A DNA stretch of 39,418 bases from Pseudomonadota bacterium (lineage in GTDB: Bacteria > Pseudomonadota > Alphaproteobacteria > Sphingomonadales > Sphingomonadaceae). The stretch is from contig JBCCAC010000001.1 in the NCBI GenBank assembly GCA_039815015.1, forward strand, positions 1-39,418. The letters are read 5' to 3'. Every line of letters starts with the position of its first letter. Position 1 is the stretch's first letter. Under the pieces are notes generated by a model. The model did no database searches and had not been told where the DNA came from. It was given only the letters and a program-made list of their open reading frames with translations. The position numbers and the translations under genes were made by a program. Shown piece after piece: positions 17,304-24,604 of this stretch.

Positions 17304-17684
17304 ATGCTAAGCCATAGCCCGCCCGTACCGCTCGCGCGGTCGTATTGCCTCCCCACCGACGCCACGGCGACGACCAGCTACTTGCCGGACGAAATGATCT
17401 TCCTGGCGCGGTCGCTTTACGACGCCGGGGCCGAAGAGCGCCTGATCGCAACGCTGCGCGCCGTTGACGACGACGTCGACGCCGCCCCGCTGCTCCGCTT
17501 CCTCCAGGACTACCCGATGCCGGAAGCGCCGATCGCGCTGATCGAACACTGGCGCCGCCTCCGCGAATGCAGCGAGCACGGCGTCGGACAATCGACCGCC
17601 TTGTTCAGTTTCCAGCTGGCGCTCGCGACCGGCCTGCGGATCGGCGCTGAGCATTTCGCCCAGCGGACGGGAGGGGCGGCATGA
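17304..17684 (+). CDS. Hypothetical protein
   Basis: AGGAG RBS, ATG 17304, coupled to the next gene. Confidence 0.65.
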   Translation: MLSHSPPVPLARSYCLPTDATATTSYLPDEMIFLARSLYDAGAEERLIATLRAVDDDVDAAPLLRFLQDYPMPEAPIALIEHWRRLRECSEHGVGQSTALFSFQLALATGLRIGAEHFAQRTGGAA

Positions 17685-18202
17685 GCGGCGCGCACGCTTT
17701 ACGTCAGCGCCTCGCCGAACACGAAGCGCTGCGCCACCAGCTCGAAGAAATGGGCCTCGACGGCCAATGGCTGGACGACACCCTCGAAGGCGAAACCGAC
17801 CTCGACACTGCGTTGCTCGACCTCGCCGAGGAAGTCGCTGAGCGCGAAGCGCAGGCGTTGGCCGTCAAGGCCCGGCTGGACGTTCTGCGCGACCGCAAAA
17901 AACGCATCGAAGACGGTACGGCCACGATCCGCGCCGCGATGCTTGTGGCGATGGAGCGGGCGAACATGCCCCGCGTCAAAGGGGCGATCCACACCCTATC
18001 CGTCCGGGCCGGCGCGCCGCGCGCGACCGTCACGGACGCCAACGTGCTGCCGGGCGAATACCTGATCCCGCAGCCGCCGAAGGTCGATCAAGCCGCGCTC
18101 AGCCGCGCGGTGAAGGACGGCCTTTCGGTCCCCGGCGCTGTTCTGACCAACGGCGCCCCCTCCCTGACCATCTCCCCGAAACCGAAGCTGAAAGACGACT
18201 GA
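17681..18202 (+). CDS. Siphovirus Gp157-like protein
   Basis: DTLEGETD, coiled coil, LP.EY.....KVD..AL...K.G..VPGA.L.NG..SLTI. Confidence 0.8.
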   Translation: MSGAHALRQRLAEHEALRHQLEEMGLDGQWLDDTLEGETDLDTALLDLAEEVAEREAQALAVKARLDVLRDRKKRIEDGTATIRAAMLVAMERANMPRVKGAIHTLSVRAGAPRATVTDANVLPGEYLIPQPPKVDQAALSRAVKDGLSVPGAVLTNGAPSLTISPKPKLKDD

Positions 18203-18203
18203 C

Positions 18204-18635
18204 ATGGACATCAACGCCGCGTTTCCCTCGAAGTACCTGAAGGCCGCCGACATTCTCGGTCAGACCGTAAACGTCAATATCCGCACGGTTCTTATGGAGG
18301 AGATGGGCGACGGCGCCGAAAAGCCTGTCATCTATTTCCAAGGTAAGGAAAAGGGCGTCGTGATGAACCGCACGAACGCCGAAGCCGTCGCCGACGCATA
18401 CGGCGCGAATACCGAAGCCTGGGCCGGGCAGGTCGTCCAGCTCTACACGGAAAAGACGCGTCGGCCGGACGGGCAGCGCGTCGACGGCATTCGGATGCGC
18501 CCGCTGCCGATCATGCAAGGCGCGCCGGTTTCCGGTCAGCCGAGCGTTGCGCCGTCATCGGCCCCGCAGTTCCCCCCGCCGCCGGCCGCGGCAGCGGCGG
18601 CCGCCGTGCATCTCGACGACGACATCCCGTTCTAA
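18204..18635 (+). CDS. Single-stranded DNA-binding protein-like
   Basis: FPSKYLKAAD, N.TN, acidic DDDIPF tail. Confidence 0.75.
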   Translation: MDINAAFPSKYLKAADILGQTVNVNIRTVLMEEMGDGAEKPVIYFQGKEKGVVMNRTNAEAVADAYGANTEAWAGQVVQLYTEKTRRPDGQRVDGIRMRPLPIMQGAPVSGQPSVAPSSAPQFPPPPAAAAAAAVHLDDDIPF

Positions 18636-18636
18636 C

Positions 18637-18990
18637 GTGGCGCACATTCACGATCTCTACGGCGGCGGCAGAGCTGGCCCGCTCGATCCGGATGCGGCCT
18701 TCACTGAGATGGAGGCCGCGGCGGACGAATGGACCGACGCGGAAGCCGCCGCCGCGCTGCTCGAAGAAACGAAGCACGTCCTGCTCGCCCAGCTTATGAG
18801 CGGCCAGGACGGATCGATCAGCAGCCGCGAAATGCACGCCAAGGCGACGTCGTCTTACGATCTACATGTCCGCGGCATGGTCGAAGCCCGGCGCAAGGCG
18901 AACCGCGCGAAGGCGCGGCTGCAGAACATGAAAGCGCGGCAGGAAGCCCGGCGGACCGCCGAAGTCTCCGCGCGCGTCGCAATCAGTTAG
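18637..18990 (+). CDS. Hypothetical helical protein
   Basis: ORF fills the gap; coiled-coil character. Start uncertain. Confidence 0.6.
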   Translation: MAHIHDLYGGGRAGPLDPDAAFTEMEAAADEWTDAEAAAALLEETKHVLLAQLMSGQDGSISSREMHAKATSSYDLHVRGMVEARRKANRAKARLQNMKARQEARRTAEVSARVAIS

Positions 18991-18998
18991 GACGGGAA

Positions 18999-19313
18999 AT
19001 GGACATAGAACCGCGGCCTGCGCCCTACAGGATCGAGGGTGACGCGCACGACTTTCGCGTCGTCGATGCAGACGGCGACGAGATGTTCAGCTGTTACAGC
19101 GGTGATCCCCGCGTCTACCGCAGCGTCAATGGCCTTTTGGAAGCCGGCGAAGGCAGACCCGCGGTGGCCGCTGAAGTGCGCGCGATGGCGACAGAACATG
19201 GCGGCGGGCGGCCTCGGCCGCTCAACAGGGGCGAAAGCGTTGCAACGCGGATCGCCGTCGTGCCCGGCCTGCGGTCCCCTGGCGGGCCGGGAGCTTCGCG
19301 CCATGATCCTTAG
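18999..19313 (+). CDS. Hypothetical protein (MDIEPRPAPYRIEG...)
   Basis: ATG 18999 with RBS; overlaps dcd. Confidence 0.45.
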   Translation: MDIEPRPAPYRIEGDAHDFRVVDADGDEMFSCYSGDPRVYRSVNGLLEAGEGRPAVAAEVRAMATEHGGGRPRPLNRGESVATRIAVVPGLRSPGGPGASRHDP

Positions 19314-19755
19314 CGGCCCATCAATCCGCGCCTGCGCGCCGCTTGACCCGATCGTTGAAAAGACGATCCACCCTGAGACAGGGACGAGCTTCGGCCTCTC
19401 GCTCTGCGGCTACGACATCCGTATCCGCGAGAGGGTCGCGCTCAATCGCGGCGGCTTCGCCCTGACGTCGACGCTGGAGCGGTTCGACATGCCGAACCAG
19501 ATCATGGGTGTCGTCCATGACAAGAGCACCTGGGCGCGCCGCGGCCTCGCTGTGCAGAACACGGTGATTGAGCCGGGCTGGCGCGGATACCTGACGCTGG
19601 AGCTGACGGCTCATCTGTCCGGGCTGGAAATCCCAGCCGGCGCGCCGATCGCGCAGATCATCTTCCATCAAATCGACCGGCCGACCGCAGGCTACGCCGG
19701 CAAATACCAAGACCAGCCCGCACGCCCCGTGGCCGCAATCGCGGAGGTCGCGTGA
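19303..19755 (+). CDS. dcd: dCTP deaminase/dUTPase family
   Basis: SFGLS..GYDIR, DKSTWARRG, NTVIEPGW.G.LTLE, Y.GKYQ.Q. Confidence 0.9.
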   Translation: MILSGPSIRACAPLDPIVEKTIHPETGTSFGLSLCGYDIRIRERVALNRGGFALTSTLERFDMPNQIMGVVHDKSTWARRGLAVQNTVIEPGWRGYLTLELTAHLSGLEIPAGAPIAQIIFHQIDRPTAGYAGKYQDQPARPVAAIAEVA

Positions 19756-20348
19756 TGGAGGGTCGCGCCATCGGCTACGCCCGCGTCTCGACGGACGATC
19801 AGAACCCCGCGCTCCAGACGGACGCGCTCCGCATGGCTGGGGTCGCGGATAGCGACCTCTACGTCGAGCACATCTCGGGCGTGACCGAATTCGCGCTTCG
19901 GACTTCTCTGATCGAGGCGATCGACGCCTGCGCGCCCGGCGACAAGCTGATCGTGTGGAAACTAGATCGGCTGGCCCGTAGCGTTTGGGAGCTGATTAAC
20001 ATCACGAAGGCGCTGGACGCGCGCGGCATCCATTTCGAATGCGTCCAGGACAAGGTCGACACCTCGACACCGGCCGGGCGGTTCTTCTTCCACGTCATGG
20101 CGGCTGTAGCGGAGTTCGAGCGCGCCATGATCGTCGAGCGGACGAAGGCGGGCCTAGCGGCTGCTGAGCGGCGTGGCGTGCGGCTAGGCAAGCCGCCGTG
20201 GCCCCATCGGGACGAGGCTGTCCGACTGATCGCAGACGGCGCGCGCGTCCGCACAGTCGCCCGAAAGCTCGGATGCAGCGAGAGCGTCATCCGCAAGCAC
20301 TGCAAAGGCCATCTACCGCGTGATTTGGGGCGGAGGGCCGCAGCATGA
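19752..20348 (+). CDS. Small serine recombinase (resolvase/invertase family)
   Basis: IGYARVST..Q, VWKLDRLARS, DTSTPAGR, AEFER..I.ERT.AG, C-terminal HTH. Confidence 0.93.
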   Translation: MMEGRAIGYARVSTDDQNPALQTDALRMAGVADSDLYVEHISGVTEFALRTSLIEAIDACAPGDKLIVWKLDRLARSVWELINITKALDARGIHFECVQDKVDTSTPAGRFFFHVMAAVAEFERAMIVERTKAGLAAAERRGVRLGKPPWPHRDEAVRLIADGARVRTVARKLGCSESVIRKHCKGHLPRDLGRRAAA

Positions 20349-20403
20349 GCGGCGATCTCAACGTCTTGTAGCGAAACAACTTTTTGAAATCAGTGAGGAC
20401 AAT

Positions 20404-20739
20404 ATGGCCGAATTCAAGTATCGCGTATCCGCTTACCGACGGTTCCCAATCACCCGTGTCGAAATCATCCGACAAACGGAGAAGACGATATGGCTACGTG
20501 ACCGCTGGTACGGGTCGAAAGGTCGGCGCGTCCTGAAGCGCGACCGCACCGAAGAGTATTTCGACACTTGGGACGAGGCAGCCGCGGCGCTCGAAACTCG
20601 CGCTGATCGACACGCGAAGCATGCCGAGCGCAACTACCTCAACGCTTCGGAAAACTTGGAGCGCTGCGTGGCCTTTCGGGCGGCGGGCGAGCCGACGTGG
20701 ACCGAAGACGGCGAGCCTGCGCCGGAAACGAGCGCATGA
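20404..20739 (+). CDS. Hypothetical protein (MAEFKYRV...VEIIRQTEKTIWL)
   Basis: GAGGA RBS; coupled to the next gene. Confidence 0.7.
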   Translation: MAEFKYRVSAYRRFPITRVEIIRQTEKTIWLRDRWYGSKGRRVLKRDRTEEYFDTWDEAAAALETRADRHAKHAERNYLNASENLERCVAFRAAGEPTWTEDGEPAPETSA

Positions 20740-20933
20740 CGAAGGCCATCGACCTACGCCCGCCGATCCTGGAGCGGCTGATGGAGTTCTACGAGCCAGA
20801 CGAGATCGGCGAGTGGATGAAATCGCCGCATCCGCAGTTGGGCGGCATCAGCCCGAGTGAAGCACTAGCGCGCGGAGGCTTCGACGAGGTTCACGAGATC
20901 ATCGATCGGCTGGATACCGGGGTCCACCTATGA
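20736..20933 (+). CDS. MbcA/ParS/Xre antitoxin C-terminal-like protein, copy 1
   Basis: W...PHPQLGG.SP...L..G..DEV...IDRL..GV. Confidence 0.75.
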   Translation: MTKAIDLRPPILERLMEFYEPDEIGEWMKSPHPQLGGISPSEALARGGFDEVHEIIDRLDTGVHL

Positions 20934-21133
20934 CGAACGATCCGCCCGTGTCTCGCATCGAAATTGACGACTTTCTCCAAAACCGTTTCGAGCATTTTTA
21001 CCAATGGTGCACGCAGCACTGGATGTCCACGCCACAGGACTGGCCAAGCGCCGAAGAGCAGCGCGGATGGGACGCAGCAATAGAAAGCCTTCCGGCCGCG
21101 CTCGAATGCTATCGCGAGGTTTTTGACAAATGA
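20930..21133 (+). CDS. Hypothetical 67-aa protein
   Basis: ATGA-coupled at both ends. Confidence 0.65.
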   Translation: MTNDPPVSRIEIDDFLQNRFEHFYQWCTQHWMSTPQDWPSAEEQRGWDAAIESLPAALECYREVFDK

Positions 21134-21351
21134 CCGACCAGAAATCGAACGATTGGCAGCCTATCGAAACGGCCCCCAACGACCGGCAAATTCTCGTCGG
21201 ATACGAGACTGGTGACGTCTGGTTGTGCAGCAGCATCCAGAACAATTTTCGCTGGGTCGCTTACTCCGAAAACCCGGATCGCGAAGACGACGGAGTGATC
21301 TGTGCGACCCACTGGATGGACATCCCGCCAGTCCCAAAGGCCGCCTCATGA
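21130..21351 (+). CDS. DUF551-like protein
   Basis: WQPIETAP...ILV...THWM..P..P. Confidence 0.8.
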   Translation: MTDQKSNDWQPIETAPNDRQILVGYETGDVWLCSSIQNNFRWVAYSENPDREDDGVICATHWMDIPPVPKAAS

Positions 21352-21545
21352 CGAAGGACATCCACGAGCGTCCGCCGGTCATCGAGCGGCTATCGCAGTT
21401 CTACGAGCCTGAAGAGATTGAGACATGGATGATGTCGCCTCACCCGCAGTTGGGCGGCATCAGCGCGAATGAAGCACTGGCGCGCGGAGGCTTCGACGAG
21501 GTTCACGCGATCATCGACCGGCTCGATAGCGGGGTCCACTTATGA
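21348..21545 (+). CDS. MbcA/ParS/Xre antitoxin C-terminal-like protein, copy 2
   Basis: Paralogue of 20736-20933. Confidence 0.75.
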   Translation: MTKDIHERPPVIERLSQFYEPEEIETWMMSPHPQLGGISANEALARGGFDEVHAIIDRLDSGVHL

Positions 21546-21937
21546 GCGACAGAACGAAGGTTTCGCACACGCCCGGGCCGTGGCGCTTCAGCCCGTATTA
21601 CGACCTGCGCCGCAAGGCGTACTCGAAGACGCGCTGGAACGGGATTTTTGAACCCGTCCCGGACCAGGACTGCGGTCATAAATCTCGTGTTCTGTCTGTC
21701 GGGATCGAGGGTCAGGTCGATGATTTCTGGATTTCGTGCAGCGAGGCCAACGCTCGGCTGATCGAAGCAGCGCCCGGTCTCTACGAAGCGCTGGCAGACA
21801 TCGGCGTTTACGGGTGCGGAATGCTGAACCAGCCGGCCGCGATGAACGGCCCGGAAGAGGCGTGGTTGCGGGCGCGGCTTCGTGAGTACGAGCGCGTCGC
21901 CCGTACTGCCCTCGCCAAAGCGGAGGCCCCTGCATGA
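21542..21937 (+). CDS. HTPGPW...ANARLI.AAP family phage protein
   Basis: Both motifs present; ATGA-coupled. Confidence 0.75.
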   Translation: MSDRTKVSHTPGPWRFSPYYDLRRKAYSKTRWNGIFEPVPDQDCGHKSRVLSVGIEGQVDDFWISCSEANARLIEAAPGLYEALADIGVYGCGMLNQPAAMNGPEEAWLRARLREYERVARTALAKAEAPA

Positions 21938-22131
21938 CGAAGGATAACGACACCGTACAGATCGACCTACCGGGCGCGCATGGTTTCGGCATCACGACCT
22001 ACGATCCCGAGAGCGCAAATCCGTCCTGGGAATTCAACTGGCGGGAAGGCTGTGGCGCATCATGGGACGCTTGGGTTGAGCTAGCGCGGCGCATTCTCGT
22101 CGAGGACGCCCGCAGGAAGGCCGCGCAATGA
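21934..22131 (+). CDS. Hypothetical 65-aa protein, paralogue of 10972-11178
   Basis: Near-identical protein; ATGA-coupled. Confidence 0.8.
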   Translation: MTKDNDTVQIDLPGAHGFGITTYDPESANPSWEFNWREGCGASWDAWVELARRILVEDARRKAAQ

Positions 22132-22454
22132 CGAACGCTAAGCACACACCAGGGCCGTGGAGGCAGACGGCGAAACACCCTCGTCAGATTTGCGATCCGC
22201 ACGGCCGGAAGGTCGCTAAGTGCCTTCTTGAAACGAGGGGGTTTCATGGGTCGGCGCTGCCGGATGGTGAAGCTGAGGCCAACGCCCGCCTGATCGCCGC
22301 CGCCCCCGATCTCTACGGCGCATTGGGTGAGCTGATTGAGGCATGGAGCTGGTGGCAAGAGGACCCGGTCGAGCGCTGTGGGAGTGTCGTCTTTGAGGGC
22401 ATTCAAGACGGCCTAGCCGCGCTCGCGAAAGCCCGCGGAGAAATCGCGCGATGA
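22128..22454 (+). CDS. HTPGPW...ANARLIAAAP family phage protein
   Basis: Both motifs present; ATGA-coupled. Confidence 0.75.
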   Translation: MTNAKHTPGPWRQTAKHPRQICDPHGRKVAKCLLETRGFHGSALPDGEAEANARLIAAAPDLYGALGELIEAWSWWQEDPVERCGSVVFEGIQDGLAALAKARGEIAR

Positions 22455-22543
22455 CGAAGGCAAGCGTTCGTTACTTAGCCCCCGCCCTAGTAAGCCTTTC
22501 AGCCGAAACCCTTACTAAGCGCCGTATCTCGGAGGCCGCATGA
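22451..22543 (+). CDS. 30-aa mini-ORF (MTKASVRYLAPALVSLSAETLTKRRISEAA)
   Basis: ATGA overlaps at both ends keep the coupling chain intact. Confidence 0.45.
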   Translation: MTKASVRYLAPALVSLSAETLTKRRISEAA

Positions 22544-22725
22544 CCAGCCGAAAGCGCGAGAAGCTGATCCGCATGATGATGCTCGTTCGTCGCGCGCCGC
22601 CGGACCCGCGGAAGTTCTCATTCCACGAACGCCGCCATCACCTGCCGGAGTTCATCCTTACGAACCTCCAAATGCGCCAGCTGCGCGACGTGCATCGCAT
22701 GTATCTGCGCGGCCGCCGGAGATAG
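22540..22725 (+). CDS. Basic hypothetical protein
   Basis: GGAGG RBS, ATGA-coupled. Confidence 0.55.
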   Translation: MTSRKREKLIRMMMLVRRAPPDPRKFSFHERRHHLPEFILTNLQMRQLRDVHRMYLRGRRR

Positions 22726-22736
22726 GGCGGATGGGC

Positions 22737-23042
22737 TCAGAGGTATCGCGTGTAGGGGCTGGTGTAGGACGAGGATCGCGTGGTGTCGGCCAGCTCGAAA
22801 TGCGGGAAGGCGTCGAGGAAGGCCTGCGCGTCGGCCAGCCGTCGGAAATACAGCCCGACGGAGTCCTGCGGGAACCCGCCCGCCGCATGCCATGCGAACT
22901 CCATCCAGCCCAGATTGTCCCGCAACCACGCATGCGCCCGATCGCCATCGCGACCGAAGCCCTTCTCAGGGACGAACAGGCAAACCCGGATCGGGAAAGC
23001 CCCGTCGTCGATCTTCTTTTGAGGCGTTGAGCGTCGAACCAT
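22737..23042 (-). CDS. Hypothetical protein (MVRRSTPQKKIDDGAFPIRV...), putatively SOS-regulated
   Basis: 101 aa, antisense to the operon; LexA-type box 5 nt upstream of the ATG. Confidence 0.7.
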   Translation of the reverse strand: MVRRSTPQKKIDDGAFPIRVCLFVPEKGFGRDGDRAHAWLRDNLGWMEFAWHAAGGFPQDSVGLYFRRLADAQAFLDAFPHFELADTTRSSSYTSPYTRYL

Positions 23043-23047
23043 GAGGG

Positions 23048-23062
23048 GAACGAAGCACGAAC
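23048..23062 (-). promoter_or_regulatory. Alphaproteobacterial LexA box GAAC-N7-GAAC
   Basis: GAACGAAGCACGAAC; TTGCCA -35 candidate at 23077-23072. Confidence 0.65.
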
Positions 23063-23099
23063 AAAGGGGCTTGGCAACTGGCCAGGCGATGACGCTGGA

Positions 23100-23390
23100 A
23101 TGACGATGGTCGACGCCAACGTCGCCGCGTCGACCCTTGGCGTGGGCGCAGACGCCGTGCGTAAATGGGCTCGGGCTGGCATTCTCCCAGGGGCGCACAA
23201 GTTCTGCGGAACGTGGCGGTTTGACCCTGTCGCGTTAGCGAAATGGAAGCGTGCTCAGGAGCGGAGGCCGAGTGAATGGCGGGCGTCTACAAGCGCGGAT
23301 CGGTATACTGGGGTCGCGTCACCCGCGGCGGTCGGGAGTTCCGACGCTCGCTTAAAACAGCTTCTCGCGACACAGCGGAAAAGCGCCTAG
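23100..23390 (+). CDS. xis: Excisionase (winged HTH)
   Basis: A..LGV...VRKWARAG.LPGA.K..G.WRFD; directly upstream of and overlapping int. Confidence 0.8.
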   Translation: MTMVDANVAASTLGVGADAVRKWARAGILPGAHKFCGTWRFDPVALAKWKRAQERRPSEWRASTSADRYTGVASPAAVGSSDARLKQLLATQRKSA

Positions 23391-24322
23391 CCGCCTGGAT
23401 CGACGACATGGAAGCGGTCGCCTGGGGCGACAAACCGCCCATCCTGTTCGCCGACGCCGCATTCGATTTTCTCACAGAGCATGGGGCCGCGCTTCGGCCC
23501 GAAAGCCTCCGGCGCTACCGGACGAGCGTGAAGGCGCTGCACCCGCATTTCGAGGGGCGCACCATGCAGTCGATCGGCCGGGCGGAAATGGCGGAGTTTG
23601 AAGTGACGCGCCGCCGCGAAGGCGTGACGGCCTCAAGCATCCGACGCGACCTCGCCTGCCTGTCCTCGATCTTCACCTTCTGCATCGAGCGCGAACGGGT
23701 GGAGGTGAACCCCGTCCCCGCGTTCATGAAGATGCGCAGCCGGCGCGGGCTAAAGGAAAGCCCGCCGCGCGACCGCTATCTCAGCCATGAGGAGGAGGGA
23801 AAATTGCTCGCCGCGGCGGACCCCGCATTGCGCGTCCAGATCGCCTTCGCGATCGACACGGGCTTGCGCCTGGGGGAGCAGTTCGGCCTGACCTGGAGCA
23901 ATGTCGACCTCAAGGCGGGCATGATTTACGTCGCCGAATCGAAGTCCGGCCGCCCGCGGCGCGTGCCGCTGCTCGAAAGGTCGCGCACGAATCTCGGCAC
24001 ACTGCCTCGGCACATTTCCAGCCCGTTCGTTTTCCATCAACCGGGCGCGGGAAAACCCTATGACAGGCGCACGCGGCCGCTCGAAACGGCGCGGAAGCGG
24101 GCCAAGATTTCCACCCTGCAATGGCATGATTTGCGTCGAACCTGCGGCTGTCGGCTGCTCCAGGACCACGGCCTGGACCTCTACGAAGTCAGTAAATGGC
24201 TGGGGCACGCGAACGTCACAGTGACGCAGGCGAGCTACGCGTTCCTCGCCACCGACCAACTCTCGCGAAAAGTGCAACCGAAATCCGCCGCACAAAACCC
24301 GGCACAAGACACGGGGATTTGA
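23276..24322 (+). CDS. int: Tyrosine integrase
   Basis: TGLR.GE, SKSG, HDLRRT, LGH.....T...Y. Confidence 0.95.
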   Translation: MAGVYKRGSVYWGRVTRGGREFRRSLKTASRDTAEKRLAAWIDDMEAVAWGDKPPILFADAAFDFLTEHGAALRPESLRRYRTSVKALHPHFEGRTMQSIGRAEMAEFEVTRRREGVTASSIRRDLACLSSIFTFCIERERVEVNPVPAFMKMRSRRGLKESPPRDRYLSHEEEGKLLAAADPALRVQIAFAIDTGLRLGEQFGLTWSNVDLKAGMIYVAESKSGRPRRVPLLERSRTNLGTLPRHISSPFVFHQPGAGKPYDRRTRPLETARKRAKISTLQWHDLRRTCGCRLLQDHGLDLYEVSKWLGHANVTVTQASYAFLATDQLSRKVQPKSAAQNPAQDTGI

Positions 24323-24517
24323 GCGCCGGCGTTGCCGCTAAGTCATTGAGAAATATGGTGCCCGGGGGCGGATTCGTACCACCGACACGCGGATTTTCAA
24401 TCCTATCCCGTTCCGCCGGTTTTTTGGCGAAATTGCTTTTGTTCAATGGGTTATGAGGGCGCGACAGCCGGAACAGTGAGAACAAATCGGCACAGCACGC
24501 GCACAAATCTCGGCACA
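23982..24517 (+). repeat. Putative integrase arm-type repeats (GCACA...CGGCACA) at 23982-24001, 24289-24306, 24481-24517
   Basis: CGCGCAC(G/A)AATCTCGGCACA matches 19/20 between 23982 and 24498; repeats flank the att core, with IHF-like AT-rich motifs near 24338-24350 and 24442-24454. Confidence 0.6.
24356..24403 (-). other. attP core: 3' half of tRNA-Phe(GAA)
   Basis: GGATTGAAAATCCGCGTGTCGGTGGTACGAATCCGCCCCCGGGCACCA: anticodon arm, T arm and CCA end; no 5' half; directly after int. Confidence 0.9.
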
Positions 24518-24604
24518 GCCTGAAACGCCCTTCTCCGGCCACACTTTGGCTTGAATTGCAGCTTCCAATAATCCCGTCAGCGCCCAAGAAGCGGAGCGGT
24601 CGCG

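Noticed and set aside
19752-20348. Tn3-family transposon or IS carrying the resolvase
   Set aside because: No transposase, terminal inverted repeats or target duplication found; the gene is coupled into the phage operon.
24356-24403. Functional tRNA-Phe gene
   Set aside because: No 5' acceptor strand or D arm; it is an att core.
24471-24483. Third LexA box (GAACAGTGAGAAC)
   Set aside because: Spacing is N5, not N7, and it lies among att arm repeats.
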